In this document: positions 1-14,129 of the stretch, piece after piece
Layout: the number at the start of each line of letters is the position of its first letter
Position numbering within the stretch: the first letter of the stretch is position 1
The notes under the pieces: generated by a model
What the model was told of the DNA's origin: nothing
Database searches by the model: none
What the model saw: the letters and a program-made list of their open reading frames with translations, nothing else
Made by a program: the position numbers and the translations under genes
NCBI GenBank assembly: GCA_951406725.2
Contig: OX597835.1
Span: 20,212,001 to 20,276,000, forward strand
DNA from: Octopus vulgaris
Taxonomy: Eukaryota
Reading direction: 5' to 3'
Length of the DNA: 64,000 nt

Positions 1-74
1 AGGGAGGATATTTATATGCTTACGTGCACAAATATAGACACACACATACACACATATATTCTTTTAAGCTTTAA

Positions 75-254
75 TTCTTTTATTTGGTTCAGTCATTTGA
101 CTGAGGCCATGCTGGAGCACCGCCTTTAGTCGAACAAATCGACCCCAGGACTTATTATTTGTAAGCACAGTACTTTTGTTGAAACGATAAGTTACGGGGG
201 ACTGACACATACCAACATCGGTTGCAAAGCGATGGTGGGAGACAAACGCAGACG

Positions 255-255
<1 letters not shown>
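75..255 (-). mobile_element. SINE family A, 3' fragment
   Basis: Matches the 3' half of the full copy at 15448-15885 (ttcagtcatttgactg..ggccatgctggagcaccgccttta). Confidence 0.8.
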
Positions 256-285
<30 letters not shown>

Positions 286-423
286 ACACACACAGAGGAA
301 CATCTGAATGCTATTGCTAGTTTAACACCAGGCGGGGGCTACCCGACTTACTATTTGCTATACTTTACTTCTCTATATATTTCTTGAAATTTTATAACTA
401 GACATGTTGCTTATGTATATATA

Positions 424-575
424 TTTTTTTACTACCCACAAGGGGCTAAACACAGAGGGGACAAACAAGGACAGACAAAGCGATTAAGTCGATTTCATCG
501 ACCCCATTGCGTAACTGGTACTTAATTTATCGACCCCGAAAGGATGAAAGGCAAAGTTGACCTTGGCGGAATTTG
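424..575 (-). mobile_element. SINE family B, 3' fragment
   Basis: Reverse complement of gcctttcatcctttcggggtcgataaattaagtaccagttacgc..agccccttgtgggtagtaaa; 5' head missing. Confidence 0.8.
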
Positions 576-992
576 CTTATGTATGTGTGTGTGGGGGGGG
601 GGGACCGCAGAAATTCTTCCGACCGTCCGGTACAATATCGTCGGTCAGTCGATTTTCTTGGATGTGTTTTAGTAAAGACTACAGCTTTAATTAAGTATGC
701 ACTGAGTTGCCTCTTTTAGGTATTTCCTCTATATTGCGACCAAAGAGCTACAAATGTGTCGGGGAATCCAACAGGCGGCAGAACTGGACAAATATCATGT
801 TTTTACACCGTTTTTTAAAACCAAAACAGATTCGTTGCAGTTTAATTTGCCTTTGTCACAAACATTTTAACTAACCTAAATTTTGCTTCCACACACACAC
901 GCTTACACGCACGCGCAAACACACATACCCGCAAACACACAAACACACACAAACGCACACACATACCCGCAAACACACAAACACACACAAAC

Positions 993-1050
<58 letters not shown>

Positions 1051-1051
<1 letters not shown>

Positions 1052-1245
1052 CTCTTTTACTCGTTTCAGTCATTTGACTGTGGCCATGCTGGAGCACCGC
1101 CTTTAGTCGAGTAAATCGACCCCAGGACTTATTCTTTATAAGCCTAGTACTTATTCTATCGGTCTCTTTTGCCGAACCGCTAAGTTACGGGACGTAAACA
1201 CATCGGTTGTCAAACGATGTTGGGGAGACAAACATAGACTCACAA

Positions 1246-1298
<53 letters not shown>

Positions 1299-1462
1299 CC
1301 ACATGCTTCTTACAGTTTCCGTCTACCAAATCAACTCACAAAGCTTTGGTCGGCACAAGGTTATAATAGAAGACACTTGCTGAAGGTGCCACGCAGTGGG
1401 ACTGAACCCGGAACCATGTTGTTTGTAAGCAAGCTACTTACCACACAGCTACTCCTAAGCCT
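1051..1462 (-). mobile_element. SINE family A (tRNA head + CORE-like domain + internal microsatellite), near full length
   Basis: Colinear with 15448-15885 in reverse; internal (CA)n(TA)n at ~1245-1298. Confidence 0.85.
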
Positions 1463-1667
1463 ATATATATATACACACAATAACTATGAGTCATCGGTTT
1501 GAGCTCATAGCATGGCATGTTCAGCAATTTTCTTCATAGATTATAAATTGAACTGTAATGGAGAACGCTCTACATAAGCCAATAAGATACACAGCATCTG
1601 TAATTCTAAATCTACAGCCTTTTCAGAAGCAGTGAATTGCAGATTCTTCGTGGTAAGAACTAGTTAT

Positions 1668-1907
1668 ACCTATTTCTTTATTACCCACGAAGGGCTAAAC
1701 ATAGAGGGGACAAGACATAGGGGACAGACATAGGTATTAAGTCGATTACATCGATCCCAGTGCGTAACTGGTACTTAATTTATCGAACCCGAAAGGATGA
1801 AAGGCAAAATCGACCTCGGCGGAATTTGAACTCAGAACGTAACGGTAGACGAAATACGGCTACGCATTTCGCCCGGTGTGCTAACGTTTCTGCCTGCTCG
1901 CCGCCTT
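1668..1907 (-). mobile_element. SINE family B, full length
   Basis: Minus strand reads ggcggcgagcaggcagaaacgttagc..gagttcaaattcc (B-box-like)..gcctttcatcctttcggg..taataaagaaatagg. Confidence 0.85.
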
Positions 1908-2085
1908 CGCCAACTCAAGAACCACTTATACTGCAATTCAGTTGTTCGGACCAGTGTCCACTCTTCGACGAAAGACTGGGATCCACGATGCGTATAAGAG
2001 TACGTATGTATGAGCGTTTTTATGTTTGCGTTCGCCCGAGTGCCTGTACGCCTATGTGTGTTTGGGTTAGTGTAAGAGCATGTGT

Positions 2086-2123
<38 letters not shown>

Positions 2124-3087
2124 GTGTGTGTGTGTCCGTGTTTCTGTGTGTCTGAGTGTTTAAATCGCTGACGTGTCATTGAATATTTAAACGACTGCTT
2201 CGCTTCTCCCAAGAGGGTAGCATTGTGACAAATGTTGTTTATAGTTGGCAATTCAATAAATAACTTTTTTTTTAATGGCCATCACCTCTAGAGGCTAAGA
2301 AATTTCAGACTTGGAGATCCGAAGTTTATTATTGGACGTATACATACATACACTCTTTATGTGTGTGTACGTATGGGAGGGAAGAGGGTGTCCAGAACTA
2401 TTCAGGCAGTGATAACTTCCGTCTGGCTAAATTCAAGAACTTGCAGAATATCGTCGCTCAAATCTCAAAGGGAATGATAAATTAAAACGGTCGAAAATGA
2501 TTTTAATAATGCATGGATATAAAAGTTATTGACGCTATCGACAAGTCATTGTTCGGTTGTTTTAAAGATTCTGAATTCCCTCCACTTGGCTAGCATTCGC
2601 TTTCTCTATTCTCTCTGGTTAGGATTACTATCTCAGAAACCTTTCATGACAAGAATATTTCCATATTTTGTCCATGTACACCTGGAAGCTGCCTGATGGG
2701 AAAGCGCGCCTAACACGCTCTCCGATTGAACGCCCTCCCTACGTGGCACCTTTACCAGCATAGTAAGTGGCACTAAGATTTACTCGATTACTGCGCTGGT
2801 CCCCAGTGGGTAGCATTGAGTGAACTATCGTTTATAGTTGATTCCTTCAATAAAAGTTTTTAGAATGGCCGTCATCTCCAGAGTCTGACAAAATTCAGAC
2901 TTGGAGAATCGAAGAATAATATTGTAACTAAATATCTTTGATTTGGTTCCAGAACTATTCAACCAGGGATATCTTTTACATCTGTCTGAATTCAGGAATT
3001 AGCAGGAAATCCTCACTCAAGTTTCAAAAGCAAACCCAGATTAAAACAATTGAAACTGTAAGAATGTACAGATGTTGTGATTTTGAA

Positions 3088-3161
<74 letters not shown>

Positions 3162-3257
3162 ATATGTATATAGTAGTGTACATTCTTAGCTGCGTTGAGG
3201 GTAAAAAACACTGGCCTGAACGCACACACACACAGATGTATATATGCATATATTTAC

Positions 3258-3416
3258 ATGACGGGCTCCTTCCAGTTTCCGTTTACGATATCCATGCACA
3301 TATCCATGCATGAGGACACAATAGAAAGCATTTGCCCAATTTAGAGCGCAGTGGGACTGAAACCGGAATGATGTTGTTCGTAAGCAATCTGTTTACCACA
3401 CACCCACGCCTGCGTC
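3258..3416 (-). mobile_element. SINE family A, degenerate 5' part
   Basis: gacgggctccttccagtttccgt..gcagtgggactgaaaccggaa..accacacacccacgcctgcgtct aligns to the family A head. Confidence 0.65.
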
Positions 3417-3450
3417 TATAATTTTCGACTCTATCACGGTATATGTTTAT

Positions 3451-3860
3451 AGCTGGCAGAAACGTTAGCACACCGGGCGAAATGCTTAGCGGTATTTCGT
3501 CTGCCGTTACGTTCTGAGTTCAAATTCCGCCGAGGTCGACTTTGCCTTTCATCCTTTCGGGGTCGATTAAATAAGTACCAGTTACGCACTGGGGTAGATA
3601 TAATCGAGTTAATCCGTTTGTCTGTTCTTGTTTGTTCCCTCTGTGTTTAGCCCCTTGTGGGTAGTAAAGAAATAGGTATTTCGTCTGCCGTTACGTTGTG
3701 AGTTCAAATTCCGCCGAGGCCCACTTTGCCTTTCATCATTTCGGGGTCGATAAATTAAGTACCAGTTACGCACTGGGGTCGATATAATCGACTTAATACC
3801 TATGTCTGTCCTTGTTTGTCCCCTCTGTGTTTAGCCCCTTGTGGGTAATAAAGAAATAGG
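3451..3860 (+). mobile_element. SINE family B, two tandem copies (second 5'-truncated)
   Basis: ggtatttcgtctgccgttacg..agccccttgtgggta(g/a)taaagaaatagg occurs twice, at ~3491-3676 and ~3675-3860. Confidence 0.85.
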
Positions 3861-3899
3861 TATATGTTGATAGCATTGGCTATTTAATTTATAATAAAC

Positions 3900-4100
3900 A
3901 GCGTGTCATCTATCAACAGGTAGTGAAAACGCTCAATGATTTCCTCGGCTGTGGTAGCTGCGCAATGTCCTTATCATCTGTGGTCTTAAAGACTCCTCTT
4001 TCCTCTCCTAAATCTAGATGCTCACATTTGCACAGCTGATAAAGCTGGTGCGTCAGCCACAAATGAATTAACGATATCAGCGCAGATGGCCATGGGAGGG
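3900..4100 (-). pseudogene. mariner transposase N-terminal remnant
   Basis: Minus-strand translation with stops and frameshifts, DIVNSFVADAPALSAVQM*ASRFRRGKRSL..AATTAEEIIERFHYLL, resembles the mariner HTH region (DAPALSTVQKWAAEFRRGRESLEDD..GRP.TATTEE). Confidence 0.6.
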
Positions 4101-4344
4101 GGGACCAAACATGAATTCTGCTGCGACCGGACATCAGGATGCTAAATTTTGTCGATTTTCAAGTGATGCCGCTACTAGTTGTATTTTAACACTTCTTTGA
4201 ACGATCAAATCTGAGTTTACTTGATAATACAATACATGTAATATGAGGAGGTGCTGAAGTTAATGAACGTAGAATTTCAATGACATAGCATCACTCCTTC
4301 ATACTGAGCCAATGAAACTATGACGTTTTTATTAGTGGAAATAT

Positions 4345-4925
4345 TACTTGTCTTTCCAAATCCGTGGCCACCTCCCAGTATTCCTTCCATCTTTCGTCTA
4401 TCACGTATACTTTACTTGTAGGCCTGATTTTATATCCTTTTTCTTCCTTCTGGAAGTATACTTTCTTGCGCTTTTCCACTTTTGGGTTCGCTCTCGATCT
4501 TTTCCTTGAGTGCTGCGCTTATGACGCCGAGGACTTGATTATGGTGCCATGTATTCCTTCCTAGTACAAGTCTGCAGTGTGACAGAACACGTCTAACCAT
4601 CGCTTTCTCTCCGCATCTACACTCATCGGTTGATTTTATGGTCCACCGGACTAAGTTCGCCTGTAAGGGTAGAACGTCAAAAGTAGACTTGATCAGGAAG
4701 GATGTTCTTGCTTATTCCCAAGCCCGAATTTCCTTCCATGATATTCTGCGGCTGATCACGTATTTCTCCCATCTCAGGCACTGTCCCTGTTGGCTACATT
4801 GCACCAAATGTACATTTCGCCTTTCTTTTCCCTCCTTTCTCACTTCGTGTACCACTGCCTCTTTCATCTCTTTTATACTGTTCTTGCGAAATGGCCTGAA
4901 ATCGTGCGACCCTAGGCCGGCTCTA
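4345..4925 (-). mobile_element. HERO-like (RLE-type) non-LTR retrotransposon fragment, post-RT / zinc-knuckle region
   Basis: Minus-strand translation VQCSQQGQCLRWEKYVISRRISWKEIRAWE*ARTSFLIKSTFDVLPLQANLVRWTIKSTDECRCGEKAMVRRVLSHCRLVLGRNTWHHNQVL..YWEVATDLERQ matches remembered HERO motifs (QQGxWTRWE, SFLIRSTYDxLPSPxNL, RYTWRHNQVL). Confidence 0.75.
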
Positions 4926-5013
4926 TATATTTCTTTCTATTTTTAAAATGAAACCAATGGTTGCTTTAATTCGCAAATAAAGAAATGAAATGTTGAGCAC
5001 TCATTTACATCGT

Positions 5014-5014
<1 letters not shown>

Positions 5015-5066
<52 letters not shown>

Positions 5067-5615
5067 ATAGATGGTTAGACTGCTACGTAAATACAACATA
5101 AAAGCATGACTACATTCATACATACATGTATGCATACACATATACAAGCACACATACGTCCATCTATATATTCTAACATACACACATACATATATAGATA
5201 CATAGATAGGCACATACATAATTACATACGTGCATCCATATACACGCACATATATAAATACATACATACATACATACGTACATAAAAACATACATACATG
5301 CATACATACATACATACATGCATACATGCATACATAAATACATACATACATATATACATACATACATACATACACGCATACATACATACATACATACATA
5401 GATGCATACATACATACAGACAGACAGACATACATGCATACATACATACATACATACATGCATACATACATACACACATACATACATACATACACACATA
5501 CATTCATACATACATACATACACACATACATACATACATACATACATACATGCATACATACATACATACATACATACGTACATGCATACATACATACATA
5601 CATACATACATACAT
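5015..5615. repeat. (AG)n followed by long imperfect (ACAT)n microsatellite
   Basis: Direct inspection; source of the MYVC/HTYI ORFs. Confidence 0.95.
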
Positions 5616-6107
5616 AGTGACATTATATATTTCTAATGCAGCACATCTTACACTGGAAATTATATTCCAATCACGAAGCAAAATTTCACGAAGAATTGGT
5701 TGCATGCATCATAAAATATTCCATTATAACGCTTCGGCATTGCATCTACTACATCTTTCTTTATTTCTCAAAGAACATTTTCTAACATGAAACCTTGATC
5801 TGAGGATAACAAACATTTCGCAATTTCATGCCTAAAAATAATTCCATCAAACATCGGTGATACACTAATATTTCTAGCCTACACGTAAGTACACATTCAC
5901 ATACCCACACATACACATGCAGAAAAAAAAACTCGCACACGCCCATACATACGCGCACACATACACACAATGCACACGCACACATACGTGCGCGCACCTG
6001 CAGATATGTAACACAACGTCCATTAATTACCAGCCTATAGAAAATAAATTTGCATTTTTCTGCAGATGCACATTTATACACACCCACACGCCTAGAATTG
6101 ATGTGGT

Positions 6108-6141
<34 letters not shown>

Positions 6142-6233
6142 TATATATATATATATACATATATATTATAGATATAGATGCTTTAGTAGATGAATAGCTA
6201 GATACATTGTTACACAAAACCTATATATACATA

Positions 6234-6274
<41 letters not shown>

Positions 6275-6398
6275 CTGTATCTAGCTATCCACCTTCTAAA
6301 GTATCTAACTACATATATTTATGTATACATATACGCATATATACATTTATTTGCATATATATATATATGTGTGTGTGTGTTTGTATGTAGAGAAATAT

Positions 6399-6462
<64 letters not shown>

Positions 6463-7329
6463 GTACATATTTATATCTATATGTATAAATATACATATAT
6501 AAACATATACGTATATGCATACATACTTATACGTGTGTGCGCGTGTATGTCTATGTGTGTATGTGCGCATATGAGTGTGTGTGTCTGCTCAAAAATGTTC
6601 AAAAATGCATACAAACAGTCATATATGCATGGAATGGCGAAATTACATTACAATAATTATAGGAAAATTGAGGTATAACTTTCTCACAATTGTTTGTTTC
6701 ATTTATTTATTGTATGTACAACAATCATTTTCAGCTCTTGTGTGGCAAAATTGCACGTCTCCCTCTGCAAGCTAATTAAAATCATTCAATAACTTTTGCT
6801 ACATCATATTACCACAAACGATACTCAATCATTCCATGAATATTCATTAGAATGCATGGAACAATGGCATCTTAGCATAGAATTCGCACAAAGTTTCCTT
6901 AAAAATTTAACAAGATATTTCATACATTTTAGAAGACTTCCTAGTCGGCCGCTACCATTGTAATTCTCTATTATTGCCGAAATTATAATCATTCGTTCTC
7001 CATCATATGTTTCTGTGCGTAGCAAAATCTGAAACACACTCTTTGTGCAATCAGGTACGTGCGTGCCTAAATGCGTATACGTGTGAGTGTGTGCGTGTGT
7101 GTCTTTGCGGGTGTTTAGGTGTGTGTGTGTAATAGAGAGTGCGTGTGTCTATTTGTATGTGTTTGAGCAAGTGTGTGTGTGTGTTTGTGTGTGTGTTTGC
7201 GTGTGTATTTGTGTGTGTATGCGGGCATCACTATTGATTGGGAAACGATAAAATAGGTGATTTAAACATCCCCTCAAAGTAACATTTATGAGCCTGGAAT
7301 AAATGGAATTCATTTTATATCATGAATAT

Positions 7330-7350
7330 CATACATACATACATATATAC

Positions 7351-7393
<43 letters not shown>

Positions 7394-7604
7394 CATATAT
7401 ATATATATGTATGTATGTATATATGTATGTATGTATGTATATATATATATATGTACATGTATGTATGTATATATATATATATACATATATATATGTATAT
7501 ATATATACATATATATATACATATATATAGATATATATACATATTATATATATAAATGCATACATATTATATATATATATATATACATATACATATTATA
7601 TATA

Positions 7605-7649
<45 letters not shown>

Positions 7650-7685
7650 GTTATATATATATATATATTTATTTATATAATGTAC
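7330..7685. repeat. imperfect (TA)n/(TACA)n tract
   Basis: Direct inspection. Confidence 0.95.
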
Positions 7686-7728
7686 ATTTAAACACAAGAG
7701 AAGCTGCCTTCAACTTCAATTGAATACC

Positions 7729-7867
7729 TCGATCCCAGGACTTATTGTTTGAAAGCCCAGTACTAAATCTATCGGTTGCCTTTGCGGAATCGCTAAGTTA
7801 CGAGGACGTAAACACACCAGCATCGGTTGTCAAGCGATGTTGGGGGGACAAACACAGACACACAAGA

Positions 7868-7913
<46 letters not shown>

Positions 7914-8052
7914 GACGGGCTTCTTTCAGTTTCTGCCTACCAAATCCACTCACAAGGCTTTGGTCGACCCGAGGCTATAGTAGAAGATACTGGCCCAAGG
8001 TGCTACGCAGAGGGACTGAACCCGGAACCATGTGGTTCGTAAGCAAGCTACT
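7729..8052 (-). mobile_element. SINE family A, truncated at both ends
   Basis: Colinear with family A; internal (CA)(TA)n at ~7855-7912. Confidence 0.8.
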
Positions 8053-9604
8053 AATTAGAAAACACCGTAATGAGCAGAATAATAGTGGACGCCCTTAAAT
8101 GTGTCTTTAAACCAAATCAATTTGGTGATATAGAAACGAAACGCAGGATTTTAGAATTTAATAATATTGTATATTTTTCTGTGTTTGGTGGCAAATATAT
8201 CCCACGTAGTCTGTATTGTTGTATTGTCTCACCTGTATCTTATCCGTCATAAGTTAGCTGTCGTAGTTATCCAACAGACGCTTACTATAAAGGTAATTTA
8301 ATAACTGGTCTAAGTTGCTTCTCTTCTTCACCGGTTTTGATAATTTACTCTGTAAATGATTACGGCATTGATATATCACTATTGTGCTTAAAATCTAAAT
8401 ATCCAATAAGAACCGGAAGCTTCGGTATGATTTATATTTTAGAGGTATTGTCCTCCAACTTGGTACGTCATTAAGATTAGAGGTTAGACATAGTTCGTAG
8501 ACGAAATCAATATATTTAATGCTAAAAACGAATATTTTTCAGACAATCTGTTATGGAAACAGTTTTCATTATTCCATCCATTAGCAACCACAATGTGACT
8601 GGTCACAATTACACAAGGAACTGCCTACGGCTTTAGTGAAGCAAACTTATGAAAAAAAAAACAATATAAACTATATATAAATTGGCGTCTCCATATAATC
8701 TATTTTCATAATGAGTAATTACTCTACGGAAAAGCTTTGCAAATGCCATTAAGGAGAAAATTCTCGCCATGATAATTCCAATCATATATTTAAGTTAATA
8801 AAAGAGAAAATTATCGACATAAATTTGCTGATGAGGAATGAGTGATAGGAAAGCAATTATCAAAAGTACCAAAGTTCCATAACATCAATTTTATCAAACC
8901 TTCTGAAAGTGAATATGAAGCGTTTACACGGTAGCACTGTCAGCTATGTCTAGAAGCTAAATCACCACGAATCCATAACGTCGCAGTCTTTACAATGAAG
9001 ACTTATTTGAGAATGTACTAAAGGGTGAAAAACGCTTCTATAAATAATGGTATAGTGAAGACTGAACTGCTTCCCATCACAGATTTTCCAAATGACCATG
9101 GGCTAAACGCTATACTCATGAACAAAACAAATTCAGCAACATCAACATCAATGATAACCGTATCATAGAAGATTCAATATTGAAATTAATTACTAAAGCA
9201 GCAATCAATGTGATGTCAAATAAATCCAGTGAGACGTTTAGAAAATACTGCTAATGACCAGTGCTTAACTAGCGATGACCGTATTCAGAGTAATTATTAT
9301 TTATTGCCTGCAGGTACATGAAGCGAATAAACACGTTGGACATCATTGTCATACGCAATGGTAGGATTGTCTTCTACGCAGCTAAATCTCCTCCATATTT
9401 TACGCTGTTGTCCTAAAAATTAACCAGATTTACCCATCTGCAGCTACATCGCGACAAGCAGTAGCAACAAAATCACATGCATGTTATATAGATATTCGTT
9501 TTCTCGAGGTTACGTGTATGTTTTTTTTTGCCTGTTTGAATCACGCCAATGAACTGGTCACGGTTGGTACGATTGTTTTCCACCAGTCGTACCAACGTCG
9601 TACC

Positions 9605-9745
9605 ACACGTCAAACTGCTACATGCATATTGTTAAACATATCTCATCATTCATTTTTGTAGCTAGATTATACTCAGAAAACGGTGTCATTTTTCGGATTG
9701 CATGAAACACGCTGAAATATTCGGTATATCTGACATAACCTGGTG
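9605..9745 (+). repeat. left arm of a ~140-bp inverted repeat (partner 13394-13534)
   Basis: acacgtcaaactgctacatgcatattg..ctgacataacctggt is the reverse complement of 13394-13534 with scattered mismatches. Confidence 0.85.
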
Positions 9746-11530
9746 CATAACCAGTGCTTTTCAATGTCCCAATAAATGTCCCAGTGCTTTTCAATGGCTA
9801 ATGTGTGACTTTCATTCTATGACTTCAACAGTCTGAAAATATATGCCAGCAAATTCTGAGTGAGATTTGAATGTGATCAAGTGTTAAAGACGTCTACTGG
9901 AAAACCCAAGAAATAAAAAATTGTGTGGCTGTGTTCTCGAGAGAGCCTCGTTCATGTAAACGTTGTGTTGGTGTTTTGAGATTCATTATGATGCACGTTG
10001 CAAGTATGATGATGACATCATACATGTCTTCTTTTAATCTCTGGTTAAATATCATTATCTTGGATTTAAAATATCGACACAAATCTGATGAAAGAGACAA
10101 ACGAACACATGTAACCTGAATAAATATCTCTAATTTTTCAGACAATATATTCATTACTAAATTCTTTATCAAATTTCATACGAAATGTTAACGCTAGGAA
10201 TAAGGGTGTGCATGCTATTGTGTATGTATGTGTGCATGTTTAGTATATGTATGTGTATATGAATGTGTGTTATTTAACAAGGTCTCAAAAGAACGACAGA
10301 GTATATGTCAGTATGCATTTGAGGATGAAATTGTGTGTGTGTGTGTCTTGTTAAGTTTGCGTTTGTGTGTACTGTGAGCAAGTATCTATGAAATTCTGTT
10401 TATTCTAAAAAGACACATTTATAATTTTTATAACGTTTTATTGCATACATTACTGTTATGAGATATAAAACATATTTTTTTCAAACATCATTAAACAATA
10501 AAATAAACACGTAATATACACTCACAACTTTAATATACAAACTGCAAGAATATTTCAGCTCCCTAATATCCATGCTGGTAAATGGAAAAAAGTTTCATAT
10601 TCCTGCTGGCAATTTTCACTTAGCATTCCTCTAATTTTCAGAATTCCATTGTTTCGAAGGCAGCAAAATATCAAACAATTAAATCATTTAGAATAGGGAA
10701 TTACTTTGAGCTGTTTTTCTAACCGAGTTTTCTGGTTTTGTTTTTGATTCACAAAACTTTCTCGAGTTCTTGAAATAGTGCATATGAACTATAAGAAATG
10801 TTCTTTATATGGACAAAATAATACAAATTATAAATTTGTAACAATAAAAATAGTATAATGATCTAAATATACAATATAAAAATATTTCTCCTAGCTTTTG
10901 GTATTCCAACCGAGACGTATTTATACATATATAAACGTGCACTCACATACATAGAATCCTTTATAAACATATCTGTCGAATTTTATTCCACAGAGCACGT
11001 TCAATGAATATAAAAATCTGCTTATCAAATAATTTTATTAGATTTTTAGTCCATATATTTCTATCACAAATTTTTACAACCACCTTTATTCCATATATTA
11101 TATTCTTTTCATCAGAAAAATAAAAGAACTTTTTAACACACATATGCACTTTAATAATCATTTTAAAGATAAACTATTTAGAATATGAATGTTATATCAC
11201 AGAAACTAATAGAGACACCGACACACGAAGACACACACACAGACACACAAACAGAGAAGCATGCGCGCGCGCACACACACATATATGAATATTATAGTCG
11301 TCAGGTAAACGTGACTAAGGGTGTCAAGAGACCTACATTGCTAAGAATAAGAGCTAAAATGCGTTTAGTGCACAACTATAATTCCCCTTTACAGTTTAAC
11401 ATCCCAACTAGCTGTTTAAATATATACTCAGATATGACAGAAGTAAATAGACACCCTTATAATCATTAAAATTTATTTAAATCTGAAATTATAGATTCAA
11501 ATTATTTATCAATTCTTATAAAGTGAATAT

Positions 11531-12400
11531 TTAATATTTAGTAGACAAGCCCTTCGCATTTTTCAATGCAAGTATGTTATTGATCAGATGACAAATATTC
11601 TCTTGCGAATATCTTGCCACGTTTCGTGCAGTCATCTCAAAAAATATGACTTGAGGATGCTTTCTTAATCTTTTTATCAAGTGTCCTGTCCATTATGTCC
11701 CACAGGTGTTCAATAGAGTTCATATGTCGTGACTGGCTCGGCCAAGAAGCTTTTTTGGGTCATTTTAACCATGTGACAAATAGCTCCATCTTCCATAAAT
11801 AAAACGTCTCCTTTAATCTTTTCATCACTGGAGAAGATTGGAAGGACCTCTTTCTGCAATATGGATATATATTTATCTTCTGCAATATGGACACATGCTT
11901 ATATTTTCCCTCGCAAACCAATGTTCATCCAATGCTCACAAATTGCTCCCCGGACAATCACAGAACAGCTGCTGTGTTTTATAGATGGCTGCAATCTTTT
12001 CACATCAAATTCTTGATGACAGATTATCCGCTCCAATCCCACACTCGACCACTGTCGGAAAATACAGCAAATCGAGGCTCGTCAGAGAATATGATAGTCT
12101 CCGAAAATGCTAGTGACCATCTCTCTGACCCAATCTTTTCTCCGCTTGATTTTGGCTGCTCAAAGAAGTGACATTCTTCTTGCTGCTCAGCGATAGTGAC
12201 CAAGTTTGTGTAGATACCTGATAGCTGTTCTGGGACTGACATCGACTACGTCTGCTATGTCAGAGGCCTGGCAACAAGGAATTGCACAATCATTCTCTTA
12301 ACTGTAATAAGCCGGTTCCCAAAGGTTTTCTGAGATTTTACGCTATGTCCCCATTCAGAATGACCCACAATACGGTCTCTTTGAAATTCAGATCCAAGGC
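11531..12400 (-). pseudogene. Tc1-family (DD34E) transposase remnant
   Basis: Minus-strand motifs in the expected order: IIFSDEPRF (D1), LFMEDGAICH (D2, cf. FQQDNAPCH), WPSQSRHMNSIEHLW (E, cf. WPSQSPDLNPIEHLW), C-terminal NAKGLSTKY*. Frameshifted. Confidence 0.85.
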
Positions 12401-12757
12401 TTCTTTTGTACATGACATTATTAACAGTCACATATCGAACCTGTTACGTAAAGATGTCCATTAATAAAAAAAGATATAAAACTTTACAAGTTAGAATAAA
12501 CATAAAACGGAGTGTGTATGTGTGTGTCTGTATTATATATATATATATATATATGGGATACGGCGCTTTGGTCAAAGTATATATATATATATACGCTTAT
12601 GAATTTGTTTTGCAAGATTCCTCACGTGAAATACTGTGTTGAAACAGATATTGTTATATTTGTAGTAGTAGTAGTAGTAGTATTTTATTAGTTATTTCTA
12701 AGGATGATAGTAATAAAAAGGTAAACATTAGTACCGGTAACAACAGTAATAATAATC

Positions 12758-12930
12758 CTCTTTACTATAGACACAAGGCCTGGATATTGAGTGGAAGATT
12801 TATCGATCCCGAAAGGATGCAAAGAAACGTCGACATCGGCGGAGTTTGAACTCTTAACGTAAAGACGGAGGCGAAAACCCGCTAAGCATTTTCTCCAGTC
12901 TGCTAACGATTCTGCTAGATTACTGCCTTC
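12758..12930 (-). mobile_element. SINE family B, degenerate
   Basis: tttatcgatcccgaaaggatg..gtttgaactcttaacgtaaagacg..gctaacgattctgc. Confidence 0.7.
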
Positions 12931-12937
12931 ACAATGA

Positions 12938-13083
<146 letters not shown>

Positions 13084-13393
13084 TGATAACAATAACAATA
13101 CAAGCGACAGTCACAAAATAGACGGATTACTTGCCAAATTAAACTCTAATACTTCAGCAGATCATTTATTTACAACATAAATGAATTTGTAATTTTGATT
13201 TACACAAATCAACCGCACAAAACGGAATGGAAACTATTGATGATTTTTTTTTCTGTCATTTAGCGCAAAAACTATATAGCTTTGTGAAGGAAATCTGCAT
13301 TTTCTTCAAATTAAAAATTGAATTGGAATGAAGGAATCGAACGCATATATAATTTCCTTTGCGAAATTATAAGCATAGTCATCAATCTGATGA

Positions 13394-13534
13394 AACCAGG
13401 TTATGTCAGATATACCGGATATTTCAGCGTGCTTCATGCAATCCGAAAAATGACACCGTTTTCTGAGTATAATCTAGCTCCAAAAATGAATGATGAGATA
13501 TGTTTTACAATATGCATGTGGCTGTTTGACGTGT
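13394..13534 (-). repeat. right arm of the inverted repeat (partner 9605-9745)
   Basis: See 9605-9745. Confidence 0.85.
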
Positions 13535-13821
13535 AAAGAAATTATTCATATTCAGAATAGAAATTTAATTACAAATGAACCAAACTAATAATAATCAAAC
13601 AGATTTCATATATAAATTTTCGGAACTAAATCCTTTTATTTAAAACAGATTGATTTTCTGAGAATTCCTGTGCACGTTGTTTCTAATTATATACCGCAGC
13701 AGAAACGAAACACAGTTACATTTCCCTATAAGAGCATGGTTCAAGCCTACACAAAATAAAAGAGGTTAAATAATCAATATAGGCAATTAAAAAATATAAC
13801 AGTTAAATTTGGTTATACGTA

Positions 13822-14054
13822 CCTATTTTTTTATTACCCACAAGGAGCTAAACACAGAGGGGACAAAGAAGGACAGACATAGATATTAAGTCGATTACAT
13901 CGACCCCAGTGCGTAACTGGTACTTATTTAATCGACCTCGAAAGGAGGAAAGGCAAAGTCGACCTCGGCGGAATTTGAACTGAGAACATAACGGCAGACG
14001 AAATACCGCTAAGCATTTCGCCCGGCGCGCTAACGTTTCTGCCAGCTCGCCGCC
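13822..14054 (-). mobile_element. SINE family B, full length
   Basis: Colinear with 1668-1907; tttggttatacgtacc occurs on both flanks (13808-13823 and 14064-14078), a probable TSD. Confidence 0.85.
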
Positions 14055-14129
14055 TTTTTTTATTTGGTTATACGTACCAACAACAATGTATATACAAATG
14101 TAGAAATGCGTTAAGTTCCTCAGATCGAA

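Noticed and set aside
5013-7691. Long ORFs such as 5013-5705 (230 aa) and the many YI/CV/HT-repeat ORFs across the window
   Set aside because: Translations of stop-free microsatellites, open in several frames on both strands.
8826-8862. CTGATGA..GAAA in unique sequence
   Set aside because: No stem II complementarity; consistent with a chance match.
9314-9360. Possible 47-nt plus-strand exon (cctgcag|...|gtagga)
   Set aside because: Splice-like words only; no recognisable peptide or partner exons.
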